Origin: Ylistrum balloti
Taxonomy: Eukaryota
Length of the DNA: 64,000 bases
Assembly: GCF_031769215.1 (NCBI RefSeq)
Contig: NW_026782164.1
Span: forward strand, 372,001 to 436,000
Direction: 5' to 3'
Shown: positions 26,326 to 39,510 of the stretch, in pieces
How positions within the stretch are numbered: the stretch's first letter is position 1
How the letters are laid out: each line of letters starts with the position of its first letter
Position numbers and translations under genes: made by a program
Notes under the pieces: model-generated
What the model saw: the letters and a program-made list of their open reading frames with translations, nothing else
What the model was told of the DNA's origin: nothing
Databases searched by the model: none

Positions 26326-27797
26326 AGAAGAGCAGTAAGGTCAACAAGCAGAAGAAATAAGGTTATTGCATGACATCACTTTCATTGTCTGCCTCATCGT
26401 TGATTTTATACAGAATTGTATATATGAAATAAATGATCTTGTTTCGTTTTCGTCTCTCTACATTTATCAGTAATACTAATGTAGATTTATATGATAATCA
26501 CGACCTTACTGTAATAAAATGTGACATTAGTTGATAACTAGAAAATCTTACCAATGTCATATTAATGATAGATATCCGTTGAATCACACACATATACTCC
26601 TTCACTCACACAAACAGAAACACATAAACGGTGATATGTGTAATTTTACGAAACATTCAATATGTTTGTGTTTCAACATGGCAATTTTTATCAGGTAGAT
26701 ATGTTTGAAATTTCTGTAGGTATATGAACACAGGGAGGAAAATACTTGAACATCACCCAAACTATGGATGGAAGTGTACATGCATGTACAAAGCTGAAAT
26801 GCTGTTTATTACATGATGTTTCTTCCTTTAATTCGTCAAAACATCAAAACGAAAATTCCAAGCGACCGACTAGAACTAGCGGAATTATAGTTTGATACAG
26901 TTTATAATAGAAAAGATGATTTGGACTTTGGAAAGTACTCTCTGTAAGTCTGTTGTTGATTGATTTTTAACTACAGGAAATATAATGCAAGGACATTATT
27001 GTTACCGGTATATTTTATTCAAACCGACCTCAGTAAAAGACAAGCTTAGGTCCAATGTCGAAACAACTTTTGATACATTTCTGGAATGTTGAAATCTTTA
27101 AATTCAGTATATATAACAATACGCTACGCAAACATCAAGATAATATCAAATATAATATATACATTTGTTAGTTTTGAACATAATTTCTTTTATTCAATGC
27201 CTGTTATCTTTTAGTATTGAAAAGCTATTCATATGAAAGAAAGCAATATCTTGTGTGACCTTCTTTGCCTATTTTCTTATCGGATGTGAACAGTACGGCA
27301 AACAAACAACAATGCATATCCTAAGTTCTTCAAATAAGTAAATATTTAGGTCACAAATAAGTTGAATGACAATTGTGAATAGCGACATTTACACTTTTCC
27401 AAACGGAACAAAACAACAAAAAATACGTACAAGTGTGCATGCATTGGATGTTTTATTTATCACAGTACAACATTGTGAAATGTGTTCATTATTGTTACAT
27501 ACGTTTACAAAAGATTTTGATTTGCATAATGATCAGTTGAAAGACATGATAAATTGGCACCGTGCCATCAGGACATTTCGCTTGTACCCGTAATACTATA
27601 TTTCATATATATTTTTGCTTACTACACTACCAGATAGATTAAACTTGTTTTAAAATGGTTGTTAATATAAGTTTCATAACATAAGTTATAAACACACAGT
27701 AACTAATATATCATTTAAAACTATATAGATTTACAGTATCGTGTGTTATGCAGCGGAAAGTGTTCCAGTAGATAGTATTGAAATAACAGCCATACGT

Positions 27798-28385
27798 TTA
27801 AAGTATGGTACAGCAAATGGATGTCCTGTGGCTGATGGGATAAGATTGGACACTAGCCTGTGATCTATAGGTTGGTGTCGGGTAAGGAAGTGCCCGTGTC
27901 GCATTTCTTCGAGCGAGTTCTGCTCTCCGTCGATCCAAACGTTCGCTCAAAAATTCCAAGGGGGTGAGACAATATGTTTGAAGCCACACAATTTTAAAGA
28001 ACATGAGTCTATTCACCTGCCGCTGTTGCCCAGCAATGAGAATATCATCAACAATAACCATATTTTCTCTCACAGACTCAAGCTCAATAAACTTGTTGCT
28101 GGAATCTCCGCACGCTTCTTCGTTAGGAATCAAACATTTGCCGATAAGATTCTTATGATCAAGGGATAACAACAGCACAGTTAGTTCATCAATATCGTCA
28201 TCTGTCAACAGACGATAATTTCCGAAGTCTGTGAATTTTTGGAGTTTGCTATTTCCTTTAGTAAGGTCCAAGACATTGCAAATGCATTTCAGATAATACA
28301 TGGCCTTACCCACGGGGTGGTCAGGAATACTCACTGTCTCTCCAACATCCCGTAGCTCTACTTTTTCTCTCTGCATAACGGCCAT
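27798..28385 (-). CDS. Uncharacterised 195-aa protein with C-terminal CaaX motif (CCTIL), paralog A
   Basis: Single-exon ATG-to-TAA ORF. It aligns without gaps to 35163..35705 over the first 162 aa, with 101 identical residues by hand count (about 62%). Confidence 0.88.
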   Translation of the reverse strand: MAVMQREKVELRDVGETVSIPDHPVGKAMYYLKCICNVLDLTKGNSKLQKFTDFGNYRLLTDDDIDELTVLLLSLDHKNLIGKCLIPNEEACGDSSNKFIELESVRENMVIVDDILIAGQQRQVNRLMFFKIVWLQTYCLTPLEFLSERLDRRRAELARRNATRALPYPTPTYRSQASVQSYPISHRTSICCTIL

Positions 28386-29479
28386 GATATCGTGGCTGGT
28401 ACAACGTGTTTAGTAAGCGAATGTTACCTGTTTCGCTTCTCAAGTTTATTTAAATGCATCTTCGATTTAAACAGTTTTTAAATAAATGAATACATCTATG
28501 TTAGTAATGCCCTAAGTGGCATTACATTTCTTGTGTCACCGTTACGTTTTACTCACTTGTATTGGGTCTTGGACTGATCTTGGATTACATTACGTAGATT
28601 TTTGTTGGCTAGTATAATCTGATTGATCTCATCTGTGCAAGTAATAAGCTTGGTGGTCATGCCTGGTCATGTCTATATATAAACAAACGTGTAAAGGAGC
28701 GTAATGAAATGAACAGTGTGGTTTAAATACAGACAATAAACTAGATTTTATAATTTGATGTGACCAATATTTTGTGTCTCACACTAACCATGTAAATAAA
28801 TTTAATTTATTTGTGGATCTGATAAGTGGATAAAAAACTTATTTTGTAAACACATAGGTATGTGGTAAAATTAGGAGAAGTACTTCGTTATGTGTCTGTT
28901 GATCACTTCATAAACAATTTCGTTGCAGCGTAGTCTAACTCCCACCTTCCTATGTTCTACTAAACAGAAGTAACCGTATATTGGCGATGATCGACAAAAA
29001 GAAAATAAACAATTGAAAGTCTAGCCAAAAGAAAGGCTAGGATTTAAATGAAAAAAGTAAGAGAAACGATCGCCTCCAAAACGATGTTTCGTGCATCATA
29101 TATTGCCTACTAAAGGTTAGGTGGTTTATTTTCGTTACATGGCTTGATTTTAGCTTCATTGAAAAAAACGGTGTTGCAGATGGACATGCAGCATGTACAT
29201 GTAAGATTTGAGATATACCTAGTATGTGTTGAACTAAATATGTATTTAGTTAAGAGTTTGTTGTATGAAAGTGATACTGGGGTTAAATATGAACCGATAT
29301 GCCCTATGACGTACTTGGTATATAAATTGTGTTTAATACAGATGCAATAAGCACCATTTCCCGCAGTGTGTTTATATCCAAAGAGGAGAAATCGGTGTGA
29401 CCAAATCGATTGAATGACGTCCACAGAAAAGATGTAGCAGAACTAGGACAGAATAACCTGAATATGTTGGGGGTGCGGG

Positions 29480-30060
29480 GTTGTTGCCATTCAGAAATGG
29501 AAAATTCGCAATAGGAAAATTAAAATCATCAAGCTTATCATATTGTTTGGTGCAAAGCTGTCCATATTGGTTTCGCTGTAGGAAGAGTGTGTCCTGTCCT
29601 TGATTTTTGGTGGATATACACGACGGACATGGTCAATACATTTCTTGTTATTTAAAGACAAGAAGTCATCAATGTATTTGTGACCTGTTTTGATAAGTTC
29701 TTCGATCAATTCAGACACGTATGATACCAAAAGCAAAACAGTCAACAGAGGGGCACTGTTAGATTGCATAGGTATGTCAATAGTCTGTTGGAAGTTCATA
29801 CCACCAAACTCGATGAAAATGTTGTCAACCAGAAAATCTATCGTTTTTATGTTTAGTAGTCAGTATAGATCAACTTTGATTTAGACGTATTTCTGCGAAA
29901 TACGCTTTAGTATAGTTCACAGCCATATATTTATACCACCGTTCACCATTCCGGTAAAAGAAAGCTCTTATGATAAGAGAACGAAGGCGTTCTTTCAGTT
30001 TAAAACGGGCACGGTGGTGTTCAAATGTTTTAAAGAAGGAATGCTTACCAGAAGAGGGTG
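29480..30060 (-). mobile_element. Decayed Penelope-like reverse transcriptase fragment
   Basis: The minus-strand translation QQTIDIPMQSNSAPLL..YIDDFLSLNN..YP matches the remembered PLE RT pattern GIPMGTNCAPLLA..YIDDVLSLNN..IYP. It is frameshifted. Confidence 0.7.
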
Positions 30061-31536
30061 TTGATAGGTCAAAAACTCTTTGGTGTTCTTTATAATCAAC
30101 ATACTATTAATTACTTTCTTGAGTAAACAGTATCACAATAAGACTGTAACCTAAATTTTATTTGTGCTTAGAATGGTAGTTATTTATTTTGACATAATAT
30201 TTCTTCGTTTGGAAGAATGCATGATGTTTCCTTTGTCATCAAGCGAGCTCAATTGTTTTTTTTTTCTGTGTTCAGAAAAAGTAATATTTATTTATTTATT
30301 TATTTATTTATTTTGTAAACACGGCCTATTCTGTCTCTTAAATGATCATAGTCATTCAAACGTTAATATCAATAACAGCATAATAAATGTGAATAATGAC
30401 ACTAAATTCTCATTTTAGAGACAAACATTTCCGGTCTATTCGCCGGACAGGCCAGCCCTAAGCTTTTTACTGGTGTGGGATTTCCTTTTATCCTGTACCT
30501 GGCGCTGCCACATATAATTTTGCTGTATTCGGCTGTGACGGAAAATTGCTGTATTTTAGCACATGCGGTAATTACTCTCTGAATTTATTTAAATATTACG
30601 TTTAGAAATATGAATAGTTGTTGAAATAAGCGATATTACATGTTGTAATGAACAGGTTGATCTATGAAAATTAATAAAATCGCTGTAATACCAGATGGAG
30701 TTTGGAATTATATTTCCGTGCGATGCATTTACTTTGTAGTCCGTCCTCAGGCAAAATTCAGCGTGACGTCAACATCACGAAAACAAAAAATGAACAAGAA
30801 AACTTTTAATAGACTGATTTTCAAGCAATGTAGCAAGATAAATAGAATACTTGGTCAACGTATTAAAACATAAGCTGTATTTTTGACTCCCTTGATCAAA
30901 AATCTGGCAACGCACGCCAAAGGCGCGAAGCTTTGGCGAGGGGTCTGCCCCAGAAAATTTTGAAAATTTTGGCTCCATTTCCTGCATTTTGAAAAGATAC
31001 AAATGAACATAACAATCAATAAGAAATATCAGTAAATGACAACATCCATAAACATAAAAAATCAGCATAAACTACTGCTCAGGTAAAAAATGTGTTTATA
31101 CATCATTCGGTTCTTTTGGGATGAATGTAATCTGACCTGTCAAATAACTTGTTGCATCCGTTTCCATCACGGCTAACGGGAAGTGAGAGTTCTGATTCTG
31201 TTACCTGAGCCGAGTGTAGTTTGTGTGGTGTTAGTTTTGGCAGAATACAAGTAGAATCGATAAAATCACTGAAATATAGATATGAAAAATACAGATGCAG
31301 AAAACTGAAAAATGGGACCCGCATCCCCCCTCCTCAATAGGTCAAAACAGGTACCATATAAGTGTGAAATATACATGTATGCATATTGGTGACTGGAAGG
31401 GGTCCATTTATGCTATGCTGGCAAATACCAATCAAGCTACATTCCCTTCTTTTTCATTCCTTAGGTTACACGTACATCTAGTAGCAGACACAGACGTACA
31501 AGAACAATGTACAACAATGTTTATCTTGTGGCGATT

Positions 31537-33949
31537 AGTTTTACTGACTCTTCATCAGTAATATTGGTGCTAGCGATGTTAAAATGGCTGAAACTGTTTT
31601 TAATTTTTTCAGGGATAGACTCCATTTTATTCTCATAAAAATAGTGGATTGAAATAGAGGTTTCTCTTTCTAAAACTTGCATGATTGCCAAGGCATTTTC
31701 ATGAATGTAATTAAAGGTGTTTTATCAACAGCAAAATTATAAATTGAAAAGTCTTTACCATATTGAAAAATATCATTAATTAAAATATTAAAGATCATCG
31801 GACTGAGTCATGGGGACTTCAAAAGTATTTCAAGACAACTGCTCCCAAAGGTTAATGAATACCAATCAATGGATTCTAACTAGATGTTAAAGTATTGACT
31901 TGGTCAGCAGATGCAAATTAGGGCACATAAGACTGAGTTCAGTAATCAGCATCATCTGTTAATGTCTATGCATACTAATTAGGTATCCTTTCATTTCTTT
32001 GGTCGGTCAGTTTTTGTGCTCTAACTTTCCTAAATATAACATATCAGAACATAGTAGTCGTTCGCCAAGAGTTACGTCCCCTTCACATCTTCGTCGTAAC
32101 AGGCTTCCCATTAGAAAGATACGACATTTGGCATGTTTTTATTAAAGTTAAGGTACAAATGGTTGTTGCTACATCTATTACATTTCGTGACAACGACACA
32201 AGGATGTTTTATGCATGCTCCAGTAGTTATAATGAAAAGCAATCAAAGGAAACATCCGTAAAATTACTCGAGTTCATCTTGCAGCTTGCTGCTATTACAA
32301 CGTGAAACACCATGGCGGACGAACGGGTTTCCCCAAGTTCAATATAGGTTGCTATAAATATTTATCCAATAAGCTATTACGCTCGATATGACGCATTAGG
32401 GATTTAATCCCATCTGTCAAATGAAATTGGTCAACAGAAAATCTATTTTAAGCCCGTAATTACCGGCATGACGATGCAGTGTTGATGCAAATAGACGCCT
32501 TCAGAAATAGTTCCGGGCCAAGGAAAAACGGACCAATGACAACAAAATTGAAACAGTAACTTTATTAACAACAATAAATTGACATTCCTTGTCAAATAAA
32601 GCATATATCAAAACTAGATATACATATATCCATTATCAAAAGCCATCACTCCACAACTATTTTTTTATTTAAAACGAAGTCAGAAACATTTGCATATTTA
32701 TATGTAGCCACAATGGCTTGTCTAGATAATTAAGATAATAAAAATAATTTCGAAAAGTCCCTGTGATTTTGCTACTTCTGGTTATTAATTTTGTAAATAT
32801 GCCTTTTTTTCTCACATGATGTACAAAATATTGCCCCATTAGGATATTCTGACAAGGTGAAGTTAACGACGCCATCAAAAGACCATGGCTGCAATAGTAA
32901 TAATGGTATTGACTTATCTGCAAATAAATTGGAAACCATACAACTTAATGCTAGAATCACTGTAATTCCTCCACCAGTATGAGAGATTTACATTATTCTG
33001 ATAGTGTAACAAACAAGCTCTGTCCCGTCAGTTTATCCTAATAGGGATCTATGAAGGTATAATGGAATGCTGACAATATTCATATATTGAACAATCATTT
33101 TAATTTGTCACACGAAACAAAAAAAAACAAGAGCCTGTTTCAGGTCACGAAATACGCCTGTGATTTTGTCTGACTATCACCTACACTATTTATGCTGTAT
33201 ATAATATATTGCATTTGTTTCAATGGTAATTGCGTAATACTTTGCAAAGTTATTGCACCGACATTGAAAAGGTTACAGACATTAATGGGCCGTAACTCTA
33301 AAAATTGTGGATCAAAAATCATGGAAATCAAACTCAATCTAGCTTTGATTGTACTTAAGCTTGCAATGAAAGTTAAAAGAAATCTGTTAAGGCTTAATAA
33401 ATTCCAAAATCGCTGGGACATTGAAATGTTTACGAACAGAGGGACATACGGACGGAAGATGGACGGATGGAAGACGAGAATACCATAATATGTCCTGTCA
33501 TTTGACGGATGTATAAAATACATAAATATCAAACAAAAAAAAAGAAGTAAATAAATGTAAAGATCATAAATCTAAAATAATAAGCAAAATCAGTTTTACT
33601 GACTCTTCATCAGTAATATTGGTGCTAGCGACGTTAAAATGGCTGAAACTGTTTTTAATTTTTTCAGGGATAGACTCCATTTTATTCTCATAAAAATAGT
33701 GGATTGAAATAGAGGTTTCTCTTTCTAAAACTTGCATGATTGCCAAGGCATTTTCATGAATGTAATTAAAGGTGTTTTATCAACAGCAAAATTATAAATT
33801 GAAAAGTCTTTACCATATTGAAAAATATCATTAATTAAAATATTAAAGATCATCGGACTGAGCCATGGGGACTTCAAAAGTATTTCAAGACAACTGCTCC
33901 CAAAGGTTGATGAATACCAATCAATGGATTCTAACTAGATGTTAAAGTA
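31537..33949. repeat. 358-bp direct repeat pair (31537-31894 and 33592-33949) enclosing a 1.7-kb copy of 37131-38828
   Basis: The 358-bp copies differ at about 3 positions. 31898-33592 is nearly identical to 37131-38828, as reflected by the duplicated short ORFs. Confidence 0.93.
33126..33518 (-). mobile_element. Short non-autonomous Helentron/HINE-like element (second copy at 38363-38755)
   Basis: On the minus strand it starts TTTTATACATCCGTCAAATGACAGGACATATTATGG (imperfect hairpin), then a (CCGT/CCAT)-like microsatellite, and ends CTCTTGTT. Confidence 0.55.
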
Positions 33950-34739
33950 AGTTGGCTACACGGTAAACAAGGCTGCCATGTTTTCCTGATTTGATATGCA
34001 CAATGTCAATTGATTTATATGAGATAGACTTATGGCAATACTAGACTACACAGGAATGTCCTATCACACGGGTATTACCATATGCACATATAACTGGAAC
34101 ACTTAAGTCACTCTCATGTTATCCGATTTAAAAATTTACCCTGCCTAACTGAGATATTAATGCTTCAGTACATAATCCATTAGTGAGTAGAACTGTAGTG
34201 ATATAAGGATCTAAGAAACAGCTAAGTTACCATTAAGTATCTATTTCCTGTGATCGTTTACAATCTGACAGCACTTCAATTTAGCCATATGAACAACCTA
34301 TTGTCATAATTGTTCATGATTAGCATATTATTTGACATTGGGTCTCGATCTGACTTGGACTGGCGAGTAATATGCGACTTCTGTTTCTCCACAAAACAAG
34401 CTACGATAATTGCAGAGATTTCTCTCACTTTACGCCTAATTAATCACAAAGGCCACAACAAACATACACCCCCCACCGCACTCCGGATCTTACCACGCGA
34501 TTTATAGATAGTTACTTTTAAAAGCAGGTAAATTTAGAATCAAATCAAATTTCCCTGATAAGTTTCTGGTTGATAACATCTCCATTGAGCGTGGTGGCAA
34601 AATCTTCCAAAAACTGCATTGCCATAACTATGGGAACTAACGTTGCCCGTCTGTGAGCTTACTTGTTTCTGTTTTGATATTAGACTGGATTTATCGAGGC
34701 TTTTCACAACAAGTAACAAAGGCCTTGCGAAGATTGATT

Positions 34740-34830
34740 TCATTTTTCACGTTAGGATATTTTGATGACGTCTTGTCTATTGATAACAATAGATTTAATG
34801 ACCACGTTCATCTTATATACCCAACAGAAT
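34740..34830 (+). mobile_element. Small Penelope-like RT relic
   Basis: Translation YFDDVLSIDNNRFNDHVHLIYPTEL matches the same RT motif as the relic at 29.6 kb. Confidence 0.6.
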
Positions 34831-35162
34831 TGTGGGGTTCCCGTATGCATCACAAATTGTAATATCTTTGGTGCGCTTCGGTGTCTTTGATCGCTTCGTT
34901 GTCACTTCCATGGTCCTCATTTTGCGTCGTGTCATTGCTTGGGTTTAAACTCAATGAAGTAAAACACACACAGTATGTAAATTCATATATATAGTTGTAT
35001 GGATATAGTATATCTTGCATTTTCACAATACACAATGTGAATTCGCTGAATGAAGCAACGGCGTTCTTTTAAATGATAAAGATTAGTATGTCCATGGACG
35101 GTATTAGGATATCAATTTTATAAAGTCGTGTTTTCCTCTATTATATTGAAAAAGAGAAATGC

Positions 35163-35705
35163 TTAAAGTATGGTACAACAGCTAGAGCCAGAACCCGTCT
35201 GATGGTAATACATCAGTCGAGCATTTCTTGCGTCGAGCTCCGCCTTTCGCCGTATCATGCGGTCACCCAAAAAACGTAAGGGGGCAATACAATACAGTTC
35301 AAGCCATGCCGTTTTGAAGAACATAATCCTATTCACACGTCGCTGTTGACCAGCAATGAGAATGTCATTCACTATTACCATGTTTTGTCTCATTTCTTGA
35401 AGCTCGAAGAATTTGTTGTTGGAATTTCCACATATTTCTTCATTGTGGAACAAACATTTACCAATCAGATCTTGTGGTCTCACGGATGATATAAGCAACG
35501 TTAGCGCGTCAATCTCGTTATCTGTCAAAAGGTAAAAGTTTTTGAAGTCAGTAAATCTCTGGAGATTACTGCTTCCATCATTTAGGTCCAAGACGTTGCA
35601 TATGCACCTCAGATAAAACATAGCCCGCGCCACGGGATTCGGTGGGATATTCACGGATTCTCCAATTTCCCGTATACCTAAGTGCTGTCGTTGCATGACT
35701 GCCAT
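35163..35705 (-). CDS. Uncharacterised 180-aa protein with C-terminal CaaX motif (CCTIL), paralog B
   Basis: Single-exon ATG-to-TAA ORF, paralogous to 27798..28385. Conservation is at protein level with many conservative substitutions. Confidence 0.88.
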   Translation of the reverse strand: MAVMQRQHLGIREIGESVNIPPNPVARAMFYLRCICNVLDLNDGSSNLQRFTDFKNFYLLTDNEIDALTLLISSVRPQDLIGKCLFHNEEICGNSNNKFFELQEMRQNMVIVNDILIAGQQRRVNRIMFFKTAWLELYCIAPLRFLGDRMIRRKAELDARNARLMYYHQTGSGSSCCTIL

Positions 35706-36843
35706 GATGATTTTTTTTCAATAACAGAAACTTTGGAATTTCCTTCTCGCAATTACAGTTTGTTATTAATGAGCAGTGTATCTAACTGTCTTCGAAAAAC
35801 GTGGCTTTACAACCAACTTGAAATCAGATTGTCAATCTGACAATGATACTTGTATAATTCACTCCTTAGACTAGTCCTATTCAGGCAGTCGTTATATGTT
35901 TACTTCCTTGTTTGGTAAGTAACTAAACTTAAAAAAAACAATCGATACCAGTCTGATTTAAACAACCAATCCCCGTAAAGCGTGCTAGAGCCATGTCAAC
36001 TTCCATATGTGGTATATCGTTAGTTATAAACCATGTATGGGCATGTAGACATTGCCTTCAATGTTTTATATGCACAAAACGAAACTAGTTGTTCAAGATA
36101 CGTTATTATATTTGCATTGTATTTTTCAAGTGGAATGCATATTTATGTAATATGCACAGATTTTACCATTGAAAAGATGTATGAGGTTTAAAACATTGAA
36201 GGAAGTACCAATGAACATTTAAATTACATACTATAAACTGTACGACCGCCTAAGAGTGTATATTAAGATGCCTGTGCATCCACACATTTGTAATGACTTA
36301 TATCACAGTGCGCGTACACGTACCTGGACTTTAAACTACTGGTATTTATTTTGCAATACATAAAGCCTACTGTATGAAAAACAATCACGATCCGGGACGT
36401 TTTAAATTCAACGATGTACACATGTTTTCCTATTGCATTTGTGTATAACACAACTCATGTGATAAAACGTATAGGGATTTACAAGGGTCAACACTCCTGA
36501 TATACTCAGACAGGTTTTCACGGCTTCAGTTTGACAAGCGATATCTCCAATGTAATGCAGGAATATTGATACTGCTAGTCACTTAAAGAGTACCCTACCT
36601 TCTTGATATGGTGGACACTTTGATAACGTCAAACAGGTTTCAGAAATCATCACAATGACAACTCTGACAATATACCCCACTATGTTGCTTGATAATTTGG
36701 GAATGCAACATTTGCCACAAAGATATGAAACACTACCACATATCGACTTTCCTCGATAGCTCCTTAGTTTTTCATTAAGAATCAAAAGCTTGGAATTCGT
36801 CCAAACAATGTACTCGCACTATGTAAGAGATCTATGTCATACA

Positions 36844-37330
36844 TTTTTTTTATCCCCCGCTTTCACCGAAACGGGGGATATTAATTTGGGTTTGTCTGTC
36901 TACCCGTCCGTCTGTCTGTCACACTTTCGTTTCCGTGTTCTAACTTACCCAAATATCATCCAATTTGGGTGAAACTTGGTCAGCAGATGCATCTTAGGGC
37001 CATTAAGACTGAGATTGACTATCAGTGTCATCGGTTAATAATAATGCATACTAATGAGGTATCCTTTAATTTCATTGGTCGGTTCATTTCGGTGCTCTAA
37101 CTTCCATAAATATAATCCGTTTTAGATGAAACTTGGTCAGCAGATGCAAATTAGGGCACATAAGACTGAGTTCAGTAATCAGCATCATCTGTTAATGTCT
37201 ATGCATCCTAATTAGGTATCCTTTCATTTCTTTGGTCGGTCAGTTTTTGTGCTCTAACTTTCCTAAATATAACATATCAGAACATAGTAGTCGTTCGCCA
37301 AGAGTTACGTCCCCTTCACATCTCCGTCGT
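36844..37330 (+). mobile_element. Non-autonomous Helentron/DINE-1-like element with internal tandem repeats
   Basis: Poly-T, subterminal inverted repeat TATCCCCCG...CGGGGGATA (36851-36880), (GTCT/GTCC)n microsatellite, then two units of about 157 bp starting GAAACTTGGTCAGCAGATGCA at 36971 and 37128. The 3' end is uncertain. Confidence 0.6.
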
Positions 37331-38828
37331 AACAGGCTTCCCATTAGAAAGATACGACATTTGGCATGTTTTTATTAAAGTTAAGGTACAAATGGTTGTT
37401 GCTACATCTATTACATTTCGTGACAACGACACAAGGATGTTTTATGCATGCTCCAGTAGTTATAATGAAAAGCAATCAAAGGAAACATCCGTAAAATTAC
37501 TCGAGTTCATCTTGCAGCTTGCTGCTATTACAACGTGAAACACCATGGCGGACGAACGGGTTTCCCCAAGTTCAATATAGGTTGCTATAAATATTTATTC
37601 AATAAGCTATTACGCTCGATATGACGCATTAGGGATTTAATCCCATCTGTCAAATGAAATTGGTCAACAGAAAATCTATTTTAAGCCCGTAATTACCGGC
37701 ATGACGATGCAGTGTTGATGCAAATAGACGCCTTCAGAAATAGTTCCGGGCCAAGGAAAAACGGACCAATGACAACAAAATTGAAACAGTAACTTTATTA
37801 ACAACAATAAATTGACATTCCTTGTCAAATAAAGCATATATCAAAACTAGATATACATATATCCATTATCAAAAGCCATCACTCCACAACTATTTTTTTA
37901 TTTAAAACGAAGTCAGAAACACTTGCATATTTATATGTAGCCACAATGGCTTGTCTAGATAATTAAGATAATAAAAATAATTTCGAAAAGTCCCTGTGAT
38001 TTTGCTACTTCTGGTTATTAATTTTGTAAATATGCCTTTTTTTCTCACATGATGTACAAAATATTGCCCCATTAGGATATTCTGACAAGGTGAAGTTAAC
38101 GACGCCATCAAAAGACCATGGCTGCAATAGTAATAATGGTATTGACTTATCTGCAAATAAATTGGAAACCATACAACTTAATGCTAGAATCACTGTAATT
38201 CCTCCACCAGTATGAGAGATTTACATTATTCTGATAGTGTAACAAACAAGCTCTGTCCCGTCAGTTTATCCTAATAGGGATCTATGAAGGTATAATGGAA
38301 TGCTGACAATATTCATATATTGAACAATCATTTTAATTTGTCACACGAAACAAAAAAAAACAAACAAGAGCCTGTTTCAGGTCACGAAATACGCCTGTGA
38401 TTTTGTCTGACTATCACCTACACTATTTATGCTGTATATAATATATTGCATTTGTTTCAATGGTAATTGCGTAATACTTTGCAAAGTTATTGCACCGACA
38501 TTGAAAAGGTTACAGACATTAATGGGCCGTAACTCTAAAAATTGTGGATCAAAAATCATGGAAATCAAACTCAATCTAGCTTTGATTGTACTTAAGCTTG
38601 CAATGAAAGTTAAAAGAAATCTGTTAAGGCTTAATAAATTCCAAAATCGCTGGGACATTGAAATGTTTACGAACAGAGGGACATACGGACGGAAGATGGA
38701 CGGATGGAAGACGAGAATACCATAATATGTCCTGTCATTTGACGGATGTATAAAATACATAAATATCAAACAAAAAAAAGGAGTAAATAAATGTAAAGAT
38801 CATAAATCTAAAATAATAAGCAAAATCA
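37131..38828. repeat. 1.7-kb segment duplicated at 31898-33592
   Basis: Near-identical sequence with only scattered substitutions and poly-A length differences. Confidence 0.95.
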
Positions 38829-39169
38829 CTTGAGGTACGCATATTGTGCATAAAAATACATTGAAAAATTAATTTAAGATTAGAAACAAGAGGCCCATGG
38901 GCCTTATCGGTCACCTTAGAATCAATCACTTCACAAGCAATGGTAAGAACTGACAGTATTTCTGATATTGATTTACATTCATTATTAACAGCTAATAGTT
39001 GTCTGCTGTTTAAAGAATTATAAAAAAAATCATCACATGTTTTGTTTTTTATTTGTCTATTTCATTATATCTAGGAACATTTATCTTATAGTGATATAGT
39101 GACAGCTGTCAGTTGCTCACTTATTATGAGTCCATACTAGTTTATGGAGAAATTACTGAAATTAGCATG

Positions 39170-39510
39170 TCAATGTGTGCTTGATGATGAAGATAATGAT
39201 GTTGACTGTGTCTAAGAATCTGCAGCATCCTTATGCATGGAAGTTAAAGTGTGTGAAGAAGCTGATAATGAGGATGTGTGATGCTGCTGTGTGATGCTGC
39301 TGATGTTGGTATATATGATGATGTTGAGGTGTGACGATGCTGATTTGGTATGTGATAATGCGGATGTGTAATGCTGATGAAGTGTGATGATGCTAATGTT
39401 GATAGGTGACCATAATGATGCTGATGGTATGTGATGATGCTAATGTGTGACGAGGATGATGATTGTATATGATGACGTTGATGTCAGATGCTGATGTTGT
39501 TTGTATATGA
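39170..39510. repeat. Degenerate GAT/TGA/TGT-rich low-complexity repeat
   Basis: Recurring GATGATGCTGATGT-like words. Confidence 0.7.

Noticed and set aside
31537-33949. LTR retrotransposon or TRIM interpretation of the 358-bp direct repeats
   Set aside because: No TG...CA ends, PBS, PPT or TSD were seen, and the interior is a copy of local sequence at 37131-38828.
32669-38769. Identical short ORFs occurring twice (84, 62, 130 and 98 aa)
   Set aside because: Their identity just reflects the recent DNA duplication; composition is non-coding-like and they overlap repeat elements.
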